DNA of 64,000 nucleotides. Origin: Mobula hypostoma (taxonomy: Eukaryota). How positions within the stretch are numbered: position 1 is the stretch's first letter; the number at the start of each line of letters is the position of its first letter. The position numbers were made by a program, and so were the translations under genes. The notes under the pieces were generated by a model. That model was not told the DNA's origin and searched no databases. It saw nothing but the letters and a program-made list of their open reading frames with translations. Shown here in pieces: positions 36,062 through 48,620 of this stretch. The stretch covers positions 25,358,001 to 25,422,000 of the forward strand of contig NC_086108.1 in assembly GCF_963921235.1 (NCBI RefSeq). Direction: 5' to 3'.

Positions 36062-39020
36062 TGCCACGGGATCTGGGCGCTCTCACAGACAGGCTGTCGA
36101 TTGGGATTCACAATCATGTTTGTGAGTATGCACGTTCCAGCTAATTAATGTTTCATTGTGGTGGTATTTTGCTCCCATCGACTCATTTCAGTCTTGTTGA
36201 GTCTTGACCAAAAGCACAGTAATGTCAATGCTTTCCGTTTTCCTTTGTCCTTGTTCTAGGAAAAAAGACTACCATTCACATTGACGCTATAAAGGATCAA
36301 TCCTTTACTTAGTGTTAAGTGTTTGCTTCCAAGTCGCAGTGCTGTCATTAACTTTCAGTTTGAGAGTTTTACTTAACAGTCCTGTTAGCCTAGCATTTAT
36401 TATTTTTCCTTTAATTCTACCTAGTTCTTATTAAAAGTCAGTGAACTGTTCACCTACTTCAGTATCTCTCCCTCTTCACATGGGCCATCACGGCACATCC
36501 TTGTCAGCAAGGCTCAACTACAAAAAACATGGACCTGGTGGAGATAGAACAGTTGACCATGGTCTTGACATTTGTTGGTCATATAGGAGAAAAGTTACAG
36601 TCAGTGGATGCTGCAATGGTAGAGGTGACTCATGCAATGCGACAGCTAGTTGCCGAATGACAAGTTCAGCCCTAACTGAAGTTCATGGAGAAGCTAAAAT
36701 CGGCATTGCCTGGGTTGGCCAAAGTGGCTTGCACAGTATAACAGCTATTTTCAGAGCAACGTGCCCAGTCCAAGCAGGAAGGACGGATGTCAGCTCTTGC
36801 AGCGACAGTTCAGCAACTCACCACGGACAGTCAGAATCAAATGAAAATGATTATTGCTCTTTCAGCCACAGTTCAGCAGTTCACTACCGAAAGCCACTGT
36901 TACCACAATAATCAGCCTTCAGTAAGGTCAGTCCCACTCTCAACATCTTCCACATCCTCCTTTTTAACAGTGTCAGCTCTTACAGTGACAGTTCAGCCTC
37001 AGACAATATTGCCCTGACTCCCATGACCAGACCAGAACTGAGTATTCCTCCATCAGGCAGTGACTCTGATAGCTGCAGGGATTTTATTGCCCAGAGTAAG
37101 CTGATGTTTCAAGCCCAGCCACACTGGTTCAGTGATGATGCACATAAACTGGCTTACATGGTGTATCTCTTAGACCGCTATTCAGCCTGTTCAATGCTCT
37201 ATGGGAACTAGGTTCCCTCACAGCCCAGCCATTCCAGAAACTTCTTGTCGAGTTCAAGAGAGTCTTTGGTCTTTCAGTATTGGATCAGGAGGATACCCAT
37301 CGACTTCTGGATCTTCGTCAAGGGAAAGAGACAGTGAGAGTCTACATAGTGAAGTTCTGCATGCTTGTGGTTGAGATGGGGTGGAAGGAGAGATCTCTTA
37401 TTGCTGCCCTCCAGCATGGACTGAGGGCAGGGGTCTGCCATGAGATCGTAGTGCATGATGAGCCTGAAAGCTCATCATAAATCTGATAAATCTAGTCATT
37501 CAAATTGACAACCAGGCAAAGGAATGGCGCAGAGAAAGAATGCTCTGAGCTTCCTACCCCTTAGATCACCATCTGTCTTCACCCCCTTCCACTTTACACA
37601 GTATCCAGTCTGCAGAGAAGCCTATGCAGGTGGGGCACATGCATCTATCTCAGGAGGAACATGACTGGTGCAGGAGAACAGGTTTTTGCCTCTGCTGTTG
37701 CGATCTAGGACACTTCAGGGATCTTGTCCTGAGTGACCAGTAAAAGAGGATACCCGTCAGCAGGAGGGTGAGTTCTCCCTGCAAGCATCTTCCTCTAATC
37801 ACGTAATAATCTCAGCTACCTTGTCATGAGGGTCTCAGACCCATGACTTTCAAGCATTTATTGACTCAGGAATCTCATGGATATCTTTCTGGCTCAAACA
37901 TTGAGAGTTCCGACTCAGCAATTGAAACAGAATGTTAATGTTAAGGCTCTGGATGGTTGACCTCTGGGTAATGGCAAGAGCCAATTTTCTACAAAACTAC
38001 TCCAACTTGTTCTAGAAGGCAAACATAGGGAAAAGCTCTCCTTCGTTCTTGTTGATTTGCCTGAACTGTAGCTGGTGCTTGGCCTTCCCTGGATATCTTG
38101 CCACACCCATGCATCGATTGGCCCCTAAAGGTGCTCCAGAACTGGAAACTGGCATGCCTGTCTACCTGTCTGGATCCAGCTCAAACCCCTATCAGTGTGT
38201 CCCCTTCTGTGTCAACCACCAATGTGGACTTGTCTGGTGTTCCAGCTGAATATGCTGACCTTCTTGAGGTCTTCAGTAATAAGAAAGCAACCTCCCTGCC
38301 GCCACACTGGCAACATGACTAAGCCATTGACCTCTTATCTGGTACTAGTCTTCTCCAGGGCTGGCTTTTTCCCTTCTCTTATTCAGAAATGCTGCCAATG
38401 GAAAAGTACATCAAGGAGTCATTGACCTTAGTATCTGTACGTCAACGTCGCCAGCAGGGATGGACTTGATTTTGGTGAGCAAAAAGTATGTCAAGCTCCA
38501 TTCTTGCATTGATTATCGGCCCCTCAACAACATCAGAGTGAAGAACTGTTACCCTCTTCCCTTACTTGCCTCTGTGTTTGAACATCAACGATGTGAACAA
38601 TATGCTCCAGGATATGTTGAACCAATTTGTTTTCATGAATTTGGACAACAATCTTATCTATTCCTGCTCTTGCTAGGAACACATCCAGCATGTCCTGAGG
38701 GTTCCAAGCCAGAGAAGTGTTATTTTCATAAAGAGCAAGTGTTGCTCTTGGTCTAGATCAGAAGTTCCCAACCAGGGGTCCACAGATCACTTGCTTAATG
38801 GTATTGGTCCATGGCATAAAAAGGATTGGGAAACCGTGGTCTAGATACTCACCCCTTCCAGTGTTCAAATGGACTCATGTAACGTTCAGGCAGTCACGGA
38901 GTGGTCCAAACCATCTACTGTCAAACAGGTGTGATGCTTCATAGGGTTTGCAAACTTTTATCGCCGCTTGATCAGAAACTTTGGTTCCATCGCAGCCCCC
39001 ATAAATGCATTAACCTCAAT
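36062..39020 (+). mobile_element. Degraded sushi-ichi-type Ty3/Gypsy retrotransposon (5' LTR ~36062-36496, gag-pro-RT remnants)
   Basis: TGCC...GGCA LTR. CRDFIAQ..FQAQP, RLLDLRQG..V..YIVKF, EPMQVG plus degenerate CCHC, AFIDSG, VPAEYADLLEVF..ATSLPPH, CIDYRPLNNI.VKN.YPLP, KPEKC and GFANFYRR. Confidence 0.9.
38759..38838. mobile_element. 80-bp hAT (Charlie-type) MITE
   Basis: TIRs cagaagttcccaa / ttgggaaaccgtg; perfect 8-bp TSD gtctagat at 38751-38758 and 38839-38846. Confidence 0.88.
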
Positions 39021-39804
39021 GTAATAGCCTTCTCTGTGCTGTGGTTTGCTCTAAAACTTGAATGAAACTTTTCTCAAACATTGTTCTCATTCAGAAAGTT
39101 GTCGAGTTGGTTGAAAATGACTTTCTCAAAAATCTCGCCCAGGAAGGGAAGATAACATCTTCTCATATCATTTATGAAATCTGATGATGTTATTCCGACA
39201 ACATCTCTTAAATTCACTGTCTCTTCCACTTAGCATGATGAGCGGATGTAGAAAGTTAACCATGACACGGTCTCCTCCAAGACAATTAGTCATTACTTGG
39301 AAACTTAGCACTATTCCTTGTTTGGTGCTTGTCTAAATCCTCGAGCTCACCACCCAACATCTAAGAAGTGCCTTTACCAAATAGATTGCAATGCTTAAGA
39401 AAGTTGCTCATCACCAATGTTTAAAAGCCAAGGAGAATGTAGATAAATGAAGCCTGTTAACAATACCCAACATTCCTAAATGAACAAAAAGACATTATTA
39501 CACATAAAAATCAGGGAGAGAAGCAAGTACACAGGGACCACTGTGCCTCATGAGGGATAGCTGGGTACCATCACTGCTGATGAACTGCACAAGTCCCAAA
39601 AGATGTAACTGTTTGTCTCATGGGAGAGGCTAAAACCTGCTTGAACTCCTCCCCATTCCACCTGCTGCTGTTGCATCTATTGTCATGGCACTGAAAGGGC
39701 AGGTCCTTGTGTTGATTCACACTGACCGCATCCTCCATGATATTAAGTGGGACAGAATGAAACAGATATGCCAGCTCAATGTGAGATATTCGTGTTACAG
39801 TGGA

Positions 39805-40495
39805 ATTGGAATTGACTTATTATTGTCACATCTACTGAAATGAAGTGGAAAACTTGGTTTTGCAAGCCATCCTTATAGATCATTTCAAAACTTAAATACA
39901 TTACTCAGAGAGTGGTTGGTGTGTGGAATGCACTGCCTGAGTCAGTGGTGGAGGCAGATACACCAGTGAAATTTAAGAGACTACTGGACAGGTATATGGA
40001 GGAATTTAAGTTCGGGTGTTATATGGGAGGCAGGGTTTAAGTGTCGGCACAACATTGTGGGCCGAACGGCCTGAAATATGCTGTACTATTCTATGTTCTA
40101 TGTTCTATGTTTTATTAAGTTAATACCAGGGAAAAACAATAACAGAATGCATAATACAGTAGTGTTTCAGTTATAGGTACAGACAAAGTGCAGTGCTAGT
40201 AGACAATAAGTCACAAGGGTCATGACAAGTTAGATTTTGTCAATCTTTAACACACAAGAGAGCCATTTAAGGATTTGATGATGGGGGATTGAAGCTGTCC
40301 TTGACCCTGGGTAGTGTTGTGCTTTCATATATTTTATCCAATTGGAGTGGGGAAAAGAGGGAATGCCTGAGGTGGGTGGGGTCTTTGACTATGCTGACTG
40401 CTTTTCCAAAGATGTGAGAAGTGTAGATAGAGTCTATGAGGAAGGCAGGTTTTTGTAATGGTCTGGGTTGTGTCCACAACTCTCTATTGTTCCTT
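39805..40495 (-). mobile_element. Rex-Babar 3' remnant containing a plus-strand CR1 3' end (39905-40110)
   Basis: KAVSIVKDPTHLRHSLFSPL on the minus strand; inner cagagagtggttggtgtgtggaatgcactgcc ... (ttctatg)n. Confidence 0.75.
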
Positions 40496-41359
40496 GCTGA
40501 TATCAATGTATCAGCAGCAACATGACTATTCCAAGGCATGCAATATCTGCCATCAAATTATTGAACGATACTTATTCGATGAGAGGTTTAGAAAAGCAGG
40601 CCAATAGCAGTATCAAGTGCACCGAATAACAATATGATAACATTGTGAAGGACAGCATAGTAAATGTCAGATTACCTTGCGATAAACAGAACACAACCAA
40701 CTGGTAAATCAAGGGTCAGTATTCCAACTGTCCAGTTGTGAATGGTGATGGAAAGCTAAACAATCAACAGGAAGCTTCACAAATTGCCCCATTGCAGTCA
40801 GTGGCAAACCTGTTTCATGAGAGTGGTCATTGACAAAAGGAAAATCTCTCCACTGGCTGGAGGCAAATGTAGAACAAAGGAAGACGGATGTGGCTGCTGG
40901 AAACTAACCAGCTCAGATGCAGGTTAGCATGGCAGGTATTTTTCACGTACAAAGTCTTTACCAGAACTTCAGAATATAAATGAGGAGCAGGAATATTTCT
41001 CCCATTCAAAAGATCTTGACTGACACCATTTTTATTTCTGCTCCACTTTCTAGCTTGTTACCTATAATTATTGATTTTCCTAAAGATAAAAATCTGTCTA
41101 TCCTGATCTTATTCATCCAAAGCTCTCTAGTGTAGAGGATTTTAAATATACACAACTCCCTAAGAATAAAAAATATCCTCCTCATCATAGTCTTATTCTG
41201 AAAATACCCACTAGTTCTCTGTTTTCCCACAGGAGGAAACATTTTTTTAAGGACTTCCATTCAATAAAACCTCTAAACTGGTATTCTTTGCTGATTATTG
41301 CTTAATATTCAGATTCAGTCTCCACTTGTTAGAACTGGACAGTATTCAACCTTGCTCGA

Positions 41360-41670
41360 TAAATTAAAGGCATCCGTTAGTCTTGCGAGACCATGGATCT
41401 GTGCCTGGAAAGTCTTCACTCTCCAGGGCGTAGGCCTGGGCAAGGTTGTATGGAAGGCCAGCAGTTGCCCATGCTGCAAGTCTCCCCTCTCCACGACACC
41501 AATGTTGTCCAAGGAAAGGGCATTAGGACCCATATAGCTTGGCACCAGTGTCGTCGCAGAGCAATGTGTGATTAAGTGCCTTGCTCAAGGACACAACACA
41601 TTGCCTAGGCTGGAGCTCGAACTCACAATCTTCAGGTCGCTAGTCCAATGCCTTAAACACTTGGCCACGC
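41360..41670 (-). mobile_element. tRNA-derived CORE-type SINE with RTE-like tail
   Basis: Head gcgtggccaagtg..aagg (A-box) and gagttcgagct (B-box); core gtgttgtgtccttgagcaaggcacttaa; tail ...ggtctcgcaagactaacggatgcc. Confidence 0.75.
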
Positions 41671-41691
41671 AATAAGGGAAGTGATATTTAC

Positions 41692-41895
41692 AACAATGAA
41701 CAATCTGCTAGAGGACCACAAACAAATCGAGCAGCATCTGTGAGATGAAAGAAACTGTTGACGTTTCAGGTCAAAGTTCTGCCTCAGGATTTCATCCCAA
41801 AAAATTGACAGTTCTTTTCTCCCACAGATGCTGCTCAAACCACTAACTTGCACCAACAGATTGTTTGTTGCTACACATCTCCAGTCTCTTCTCTC
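41692..41895. mobile_element. Palindromic twin PLE-terminus element
   Basis: aacaatctg..gagcagcatctgtg..aactgttgacgtttcagg | ttgacagttc..cacagatgctgctc..cagattgtt. Confidence 0.7.
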
Positions 41896-42511
41896 TGCAA
41901 TATTCATAACATACTACTCTGAGGCTATAATATTCTTATTCTTATTCTAATAACTTTCCCTTTATATTCAAGAGCAATTCCATTGCTCAGTCCCCTTCCT
42001 AGAGATTACCCTTGACCAGAACTTAATTAGATCATTGAGAGAATTAAGCATCAGATACAAGAATTCCTTTGGTAGTTGACTGACTGGTCATTGATTTCAG
42101 TAAGGGGCAGTGGACATGCTGCTAGCTACATCAGTGGTGTTGAGTTTGGGAGGACTAAGACCTTCAAGTTCCTAGGTGTGACCACCACTAATAGCCTATC
42201 CCAGACCAACCACATTGATGTCATGGCCAAGAAATCTCATCAACACTGCTGGATCTTCAGGAAGCTAAAGAAATTTAGCATGCCCCTGTCAGCCCTTACC
42301 AATATTTACTGTGCCCCGTAGAAAGCATATTATCTGGAATGCATAACACTGCCCTGCATGTGACAAGAAGCAGTACTGCCTTGTCAGCAAATGCACACAT
42401 CATAAATGAATAAAGACCAATAGTACACCTCATAAACATGAGAAAGTCTGCAGATGCTGGAGATCCAAAGCAACACACTCAACAGGTCAGACAGCATCTG
42501 AAATGAACAGA

Positions 42512-42549
42512 TAGTCAACGTTTCAGGCCAAAACACTTCTTCAGGACTA
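42512..42549 (-). ncRNA. Minimal hammerhead motif in PLE terminus (42435-42570)
   Basis: Minus strand: tagtc-CTGAAGA-agtgttttggcct-GAAA-cg-TT-gacta. Stem I perfect, stem II weakened. Confidence 0.6.
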
Positions 42550-43701
42550 AGAAGGAAGGGGAAAGGTGCCAGAAATAAAATACATATTTCACAATAAACC
42601 CTGGATATTGGTATCTTGTTTATTAATAAGAACATAGAACAGTACAACATGTTGAGCACAGCTTTGTGGGCCGAAGGGCCTGTATTGTGCTTAGGTTTTC
42701 TATGTTTCTAAGTTGCTTGTACAGCACTAGATAAGCTATTTGGTCCACAACATTGTGCTGATCTTGATGCCAACTTATGCTCAATGTCCTCCTCTTCTGT
42801 AAGTCCAAGTGCCTTCAAGGGTTTCTGTCAATCATATAGAATGCACCAAAGCTGACAACAGACCGTATCGAAGCATCACATAAAAGAGAGAGCTAAAAAA
42901 ACTATACAAAATAAATTATTTCTATGGAATTTGTTTTCTTTGTTCAACCTATTTCCCTGTCTCATCGTTTTTACTATATCCCTTGCATGAGGCTGCTTTC
43001 ATTTCTATTTGTTTTAGTAGCCTGAGAATGAATTCCCCACCCTCACACCTTTCCCTTCTGTATCACTCAGCTCCAGATGATGCTCAGGACACTGTTGTCT
43101 CCCCTCCATCCCCTCCCTGCCACTTCAATTGGTAAGGTTGTTTGCAAAAGTAAAATTGAACTCCCAAGCTGTTCATAGTACATGGAATTTAAATTCATAA
43201 GACCGGCCAAATGCTTCAGGATTTCTCCTCTGAAGAGAATAAATCCCAAGGCATGCAACTAACTTGTCTAGTTATGGCTGGCTTTTTCAGTTCAAATTAT
43301 TATTTCATGCAATGAATAAGCTAAATTGAAGCTCCTTCCTTTCATAAACAGGCAGAGAAAAAGTGTTTCAATCCAGTCTGATTTATACCTGCTGACACTC
43401 CACCGGCAATTTACTTCTATCCATGGGAGCTAATGGGAAGCTGAACAAGAACTTTATTCAGTAAGTGAAGAATGGATTGAACCAACCTACTTCAACCAAA
43501 GCTTTCCAAATAGAGGAATAATAACACTTATGAAAGGAAATGATTATTGATTATGAATCATGTGTTTAAACGTTATGCGTCCAATGTCTTTAAAAATGGT
43601 AAATAAAGGATATGGCAAGTATAACTTTGTTGCACAAACCATGATTTGCTATGAAAATTATTTGAAGAAGAATTGTTATACAGTACAGAAACATGCCCAA
43701 T

Positions 43702-43781
43702 CAGGGCTTCCCAACCTTTATAATTGCCATGGACCCCTACCATTAACAAGGGGTCTGTGGATCCTGGGTTGCAAGCTCCTG
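43702..43781. mobile_element. hAT MITE, same family as 38759-38838 (opposite orientation)
   Basis: cagggcttcccaacc...gccatggacc...ggggtctgtgga..ggttg...cctg; TSD not evident. Confidence 0.7.
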
Positions 43782-43884
43782 GTTCAGGCTCATCCATGCT
43801 GACCATGTTGTCTATTTGAGCAAGCCCCATCTGCCTGCATTTGGCCCAGATCCCACTTACTATCCTTTACTTATCTAAATCCTG

Positions 43885-44035
43885 TTTCCTCCCCCAATCC
43901 AAAAACATACTAGTTAGAAGGTTAATTGGTTATTGTAAATTGTCCTGAGATTTGGCGAGAGTTAAGTAGGTGGGTTGCTGGGCTGAAGGCCCTGTTCCAT
44001 GCTTTACCTGTAAATAAATAAAAATAAAATAAATA
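43885..44035 (+). mobile_element. V-SINE 3' half
   Basis: gtttcctccc..tccaaa..ggttaattggttattgtaaattgtcc, with (taaaa)n tail. Confidence 0.7.
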
Positions 44036-46299
44036 AAATATCCATTAACATGTGTGTTTGTACCCATTACTGCCCTGGCTTGTGTATCAACTAGGATGCA
44101 CCGTCCATGGTCGGCCCCGATCACAGGGGCCCGTCATACGTACCCGTCTCTGGCACCTTGTTGCTTTTACTAATCTCTCTCTCTGTGGAAAAAGTTATGT
44201 TTCAATGTTATAATTTGGTCTGGTTAACAAGAGCAAAGTTTATCCAACAATAGGCACACTTGTTTTTGAGTAGAACAAAATGAGAATTGCAACATCTTGT
44301 TTTCATCAAAGAAAATATTACTCACCAGTGAAGGGGTGGTATGTTTTGATATAACAATATGGGTTGCAATAAGCTTCACTCAAATACTTTTATTTCATGA
44401 AGGTGATGACCTTTCATACTTGCTTTGTGAAGCTTACATTAGCTCCATCCTCTGCTGAGGAAAGTAAACAATATTTTTATTACTTGAACCATATGGGAAA
44501 TAATAGAGATATTGAAAATGTAGCATGGTTCCCAACACATTCTAATGTGCAATCGCAATAAATGAGATATCCCTTCAGGGGAAATAAATATGATCCACGG
44601 AGACCTCGAAAGAAAGTATCATGACAAATGCTCCAGATTGTTATCAATTTTCTAGAAGTGTTCCTAAATCGATCACCATAACCATCAAAGCTGAACTTGG
44701 AAGTTATGTAAAATGGTATTAACTTATTTCATACCTGCACCTCAATCCCAAACTTCCACTGTCTTTCAATGCACTGAGAGTACTTACTAAATAATCACGA
44801 ATGACTAGCTTCAATTGTGTAAATAGAGCAACACAACTTTATTGAGTCATTTTCAGTCATTTTAGTCAGTTCAGTCACAAATGGGTGTTTGGACCCAAAT
44901 TATAAATGTGCTTTCTTATCCAAGAAATTGCATATTGCATTTGAGGTGGAGTTCTTTAAAATGCCAGACAGACAAGACAGTTTACTTTTGATCTCTTTTT
45001 TTTACAATATTTACTGGAGCAATGCATGTTATTAGTTCTTGCACTCAAGTCCGAAGGCTTATGAGTCAAGGTTCCAGTTCCCATGCGCAACATTTTATTC
45101 AGCTACTGAAGATAAGCAGTGTGTTCCCACATAATTGTCCTTCATTCTTGAAAAGATTGTTATGTCTATTGCTACTGAGACTTCAGGTCAAAAGATTGTT
45201 TTGATCACTGAATGGCTGATGAAAAAACATCAGCATTGAGTGCACTGCAGAGATATGTAGCAACCAGAATATGATCACGGAAAAACAAACAACCACTTTT
45301 AATTCTGCTATCCAATATCCTGGGCCTCTACTCATATAACATAGAACCTATTATGAGAACTAATACTTTATAATGATCAAATCAGTAAAATTGGATTATG
45401 ATTACAGGCCTTAATGGAAATGTAATTTTTGGACTTGACTCTCATAATTGTGAGCATAATTGCGCTTAACGGAGGAGACATCTTGTTTATTTATATTAGT
45501 AATGTTAGTGAAACACTGGCAAAAGCTATTGCCATCAACATAGAGATTAGAGAACATTAAATGTCTGATTCCAGCTTCAAATTTCAGCAACTTGTTTTTC
45601 TGCTTTTGGGTGCTTGAGAAAGCCTTTCAGATTGCATTTTTCTAAAATATTTCCTTACAAGCTGGAAGGAAAATGTTCATAACTATTGAGTCTATACTGG
45701 CTGTCAATGCAATCCTATCAGACCTATTCCCCCACTTACTTTCAGTGTGCCCTATTCTCATTCATAAGCTTGTCAATCCTGCTTGTTTTTCCAATTACCC
45801 AACTTAATACCAGGCAATTAAGTTCATTAAAATCATGACTGTGGGATATGGAAGGAAACCCAAGTACTAAGGGATTGCAGAGACAGCAGCCAATGTCAAG
45901 ATCTCCCTGGCTCAGTGAATCTGTATGACTGCAACACTGCGTGCTGTGCAAATGTTCCCAAATTTTGGGCACATTTGCAATGCATTTTAACAACAAAAAG
46001 TAGAATAGGCTACCGCACATCAAACTCTCAAACAGTTCTATCTGCTTTATGATTCATTTCCAGACATGCTGAACATTCTCATTCTCGGACAGACCCTGGA
46101 GCTCTAGTCAGATGCTTGTTTCCAAATAGGGATAAACCTATTCTGCTGTATGTTAATAAAACAACAAAAAGGTACAAATATTCTAATAAGCAAGTAAAAC
46201 AATCATTATATTCTGCAGTACTGGGTGACAAACCCAATTCACTGAATTACCCTACAGAGTTTGGTCACTTGAACTGAATATATGATATAGTAGTTGATG

Positions 46300-47955
46300 T
46301 TGGAAGTGTGGTGGATGTTCCAGGTATCAGTGGACATGATGTGTGCGAAGTTGCGATAACTAGAGAGAAGGTTCTTGGGAAATTGAAAGCTCTGAAGGTA
46401 GATAAGTCACCAGGACCAGATGCTGTACACCCCAGAGTTCTGAAAGAGGTGGCTGAGAGATCGGAGGCATTAGTAATGATTTTTCAAGAATTACTAGATT
46501 CTGGAATGGTTCTGGAAAACTGGAAAATTGCAAATGTCACTCCACTCTTCAAGAAGAAAGAGAGGGAGAAGAAAGGAAACTATAGGCCAGTTAGTCTGGC
46601 CTCAGGGTTGGGGAAATGGTGCCGTTGAATATGAAGTATGAGGTCTCAGGCTATTTGACACACATGATAAGATAGACCACAGTCAGCATGTTTTCCTCAA
46701 GAGAAGATCTTGCCAGACAAATCTGTTGGAATTCTTTGCAGATAGAACAAGCAGGATAGACAAAGGAGAATTGGTTGATGTTGTTTACTTGGATTTTCAG
46801 AAGGCCTTTGACAAGTTACGACACATGAAACTGCTTAACAAGCTATGAGCCCATGGTATTATAGGAAAGATTCTAGCATGGATAAAGCAGAGGCTGATTG
46901 GCAGGAGGCAAAGAGTGGGAATGAAGGGAGGCTTTTCTTGCTGGCTGCCATTGATTAGTGGTGTTTCAGGGGTCTATATTAGGACTGATTATTTTTATAT
47001 TGTATGTCAGTGATTTGGATAATGGAATTGATGGCTTTGTTGCAAAGTTCACAGACAATATGATGATAGGTGGAGGAGCTGTCAGTTTTGAGGAAGTAGA
47101 AAGGTTACAGAAGGACTTAGACAGATTAGGAGAATGGACAAAGAAATGGCAGATGGAAAATTGTGTCGGGATGTGTATGGTCATGAACTTTGGTTGACTA
47201 TTTTCTAAATGGAGAGAACACACAGAAACCCGAGGAGCAAAAGGACTTGGGAATCTTTGTGCAGGATTCCCTAAAGGTTAGTTTGCAGGTTGAGTCCGTG
47301 GTGAGGAAGGTAAATGCAATGTTAGCATTCTTTTCAAGAGAACTCGAATATAAATGCAAGGATGTAAGATTGAGAGTTCATAAAGCAATGCAGAGTTCTC
47401 ACTTGAAGTATTGAAAGCAGTTTTGGGCCCATTATATTGGAAAAGATGTGCAGAAACTTGAGAAGGTTCAAAGGAGGTTCACGAAAATGATTCCAGGATT
47501 GAAAGGTTTATCTTATGAAGAGTGTTTGATGGTTCTGGGCCTGTATTCACTAGAATTCAGAAGAATTAGGGGTGACCTCATTGAAACAAATCGAATAGTG
47601 AAAGGCCTTGACAGAGTGGATGTGGGAGGATGTTTCCCATGGTAGGAGTGTTTAAGACTTGAGGATGCAGCCTCAAAATAGAGGAGCATCATTTTAGAAT
47701 GGAGATGAGGAGGAATTTCTTTAGCCAGAGAGTGGTGAATCAGTGGCATTCTTTATCACAGGCAACTGTGCTGGCCAAGTTTTTAATTATATTTAAGGTT
47801 GAGGTTGATAGATTCTTGATTGGACAGTCATGAGGGGATACAGGGAGGAGGCAGGAGATTGGAGCAGCGAGAGAATTTGGATCAGCCATGATGAAATGGC
47901 AGAGCAGAGTCAATGGGCCAAATGACCTAATTCTGCTCCTGTATCTTATGGTCTT
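46300..47955 (+). mobile_element. Older 5'-truncated CR1 LINE
   Basis: VLGKLKALKVDKSPGPD, NYRPVSL, YLDFQKAFDK and LEKVQRRFTKMIPGL; many stops and frameshifts. Confidence 0.9.
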
Positions 47956-48099
47956 AAGTTTATGCATTCATCCTCTGAAATAGGTATTGGTATTAGTTTA
48001 TTATTACCAAATACACCACGATGCAGTGAAAAACTTGGCTTGCATACAGTCCAAACACATCAAATCATTAACAGTGCATTGAGCTAGAATAAAGTAAGA

Positions 48100-48240
48100 C
48101 ATGCCGGTTGGTAGGTTAATTAATCATTGTAAATTGTCCTGTGATTAGGATAGGGTTAAATCAGGGGTTGCTGGGCAGCGCAGCTTGAAGTGCCGAAAGG
48201 TCCTATTCTGTGCTGTTTCTCAATAAATATATAAATAAAC
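48100..48240 (+). mobile_element. V-SINE 3' half
   Basis: ggttggtaggttaattaatcattgtaaattgtcc...ctcaataaata. Confidence 0.7.
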
Positions 48241-48364
48241 AAGCAGCAATGCAGATTAAAGTGTGAAAGGTACTGAAAAAGTGCAGTGCAGGTAAACAAT
48301 AAAGTGAAAGATCACAAGCAGGTATATTGTCAGACTATGAGCCAATTTTATAGTATACGACAGT

Positions 48365-48620
48365 CATTCTCCCTCTCCGGCCTGTTATTTCTTTCATGAA
48401 TCAACCTCTCAGCTCTTTACTTCACCCTCTCTCCCTCTCTTCAGGTTTCACCCATCACCTGGCACCTTGTAATTCTTTGACCCCTCCCCGCACCTTCTTA
48501 TTCTGACTTCTCTTTCAATCCAGTCCTGATGAAGGGTCTCAACCTGAAACGTCAACTGTTTACTCTTTTCCGTAGATGCTGCCTGGCCTACTGAATTCCT
48601 CCGGCATTTTGTGTGTGTGG
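48365..48620 (+). mobile_element. PLE 3' terminus
   Basis: CT-rich tract, hammerhead, then tagatgctgcctggcc...ccggcattttgtgtgtg. Confidence 0.8.
48521..48558 (+). ncRNA. Minimal hammerhead motif
   Basis: cagtc-CTGATGA-agg(gtctcaa)cct-GAAA-cg-TC-aactg; palindromic ACGT in helix III, one stem-I mismatch. Confidence 0.7.

Noticed and set aside
39060..39190. Protein-like frame KVVELVENDFLKNLAQEGKIT
   Set aside because: Short and ends in stops, with no convincing splice sites or recognisable family.
44326..44455. Possible minus-strand exon with strong gtgagt donor
   Set aside because: Stops in all three frames from the nearest acceptor.
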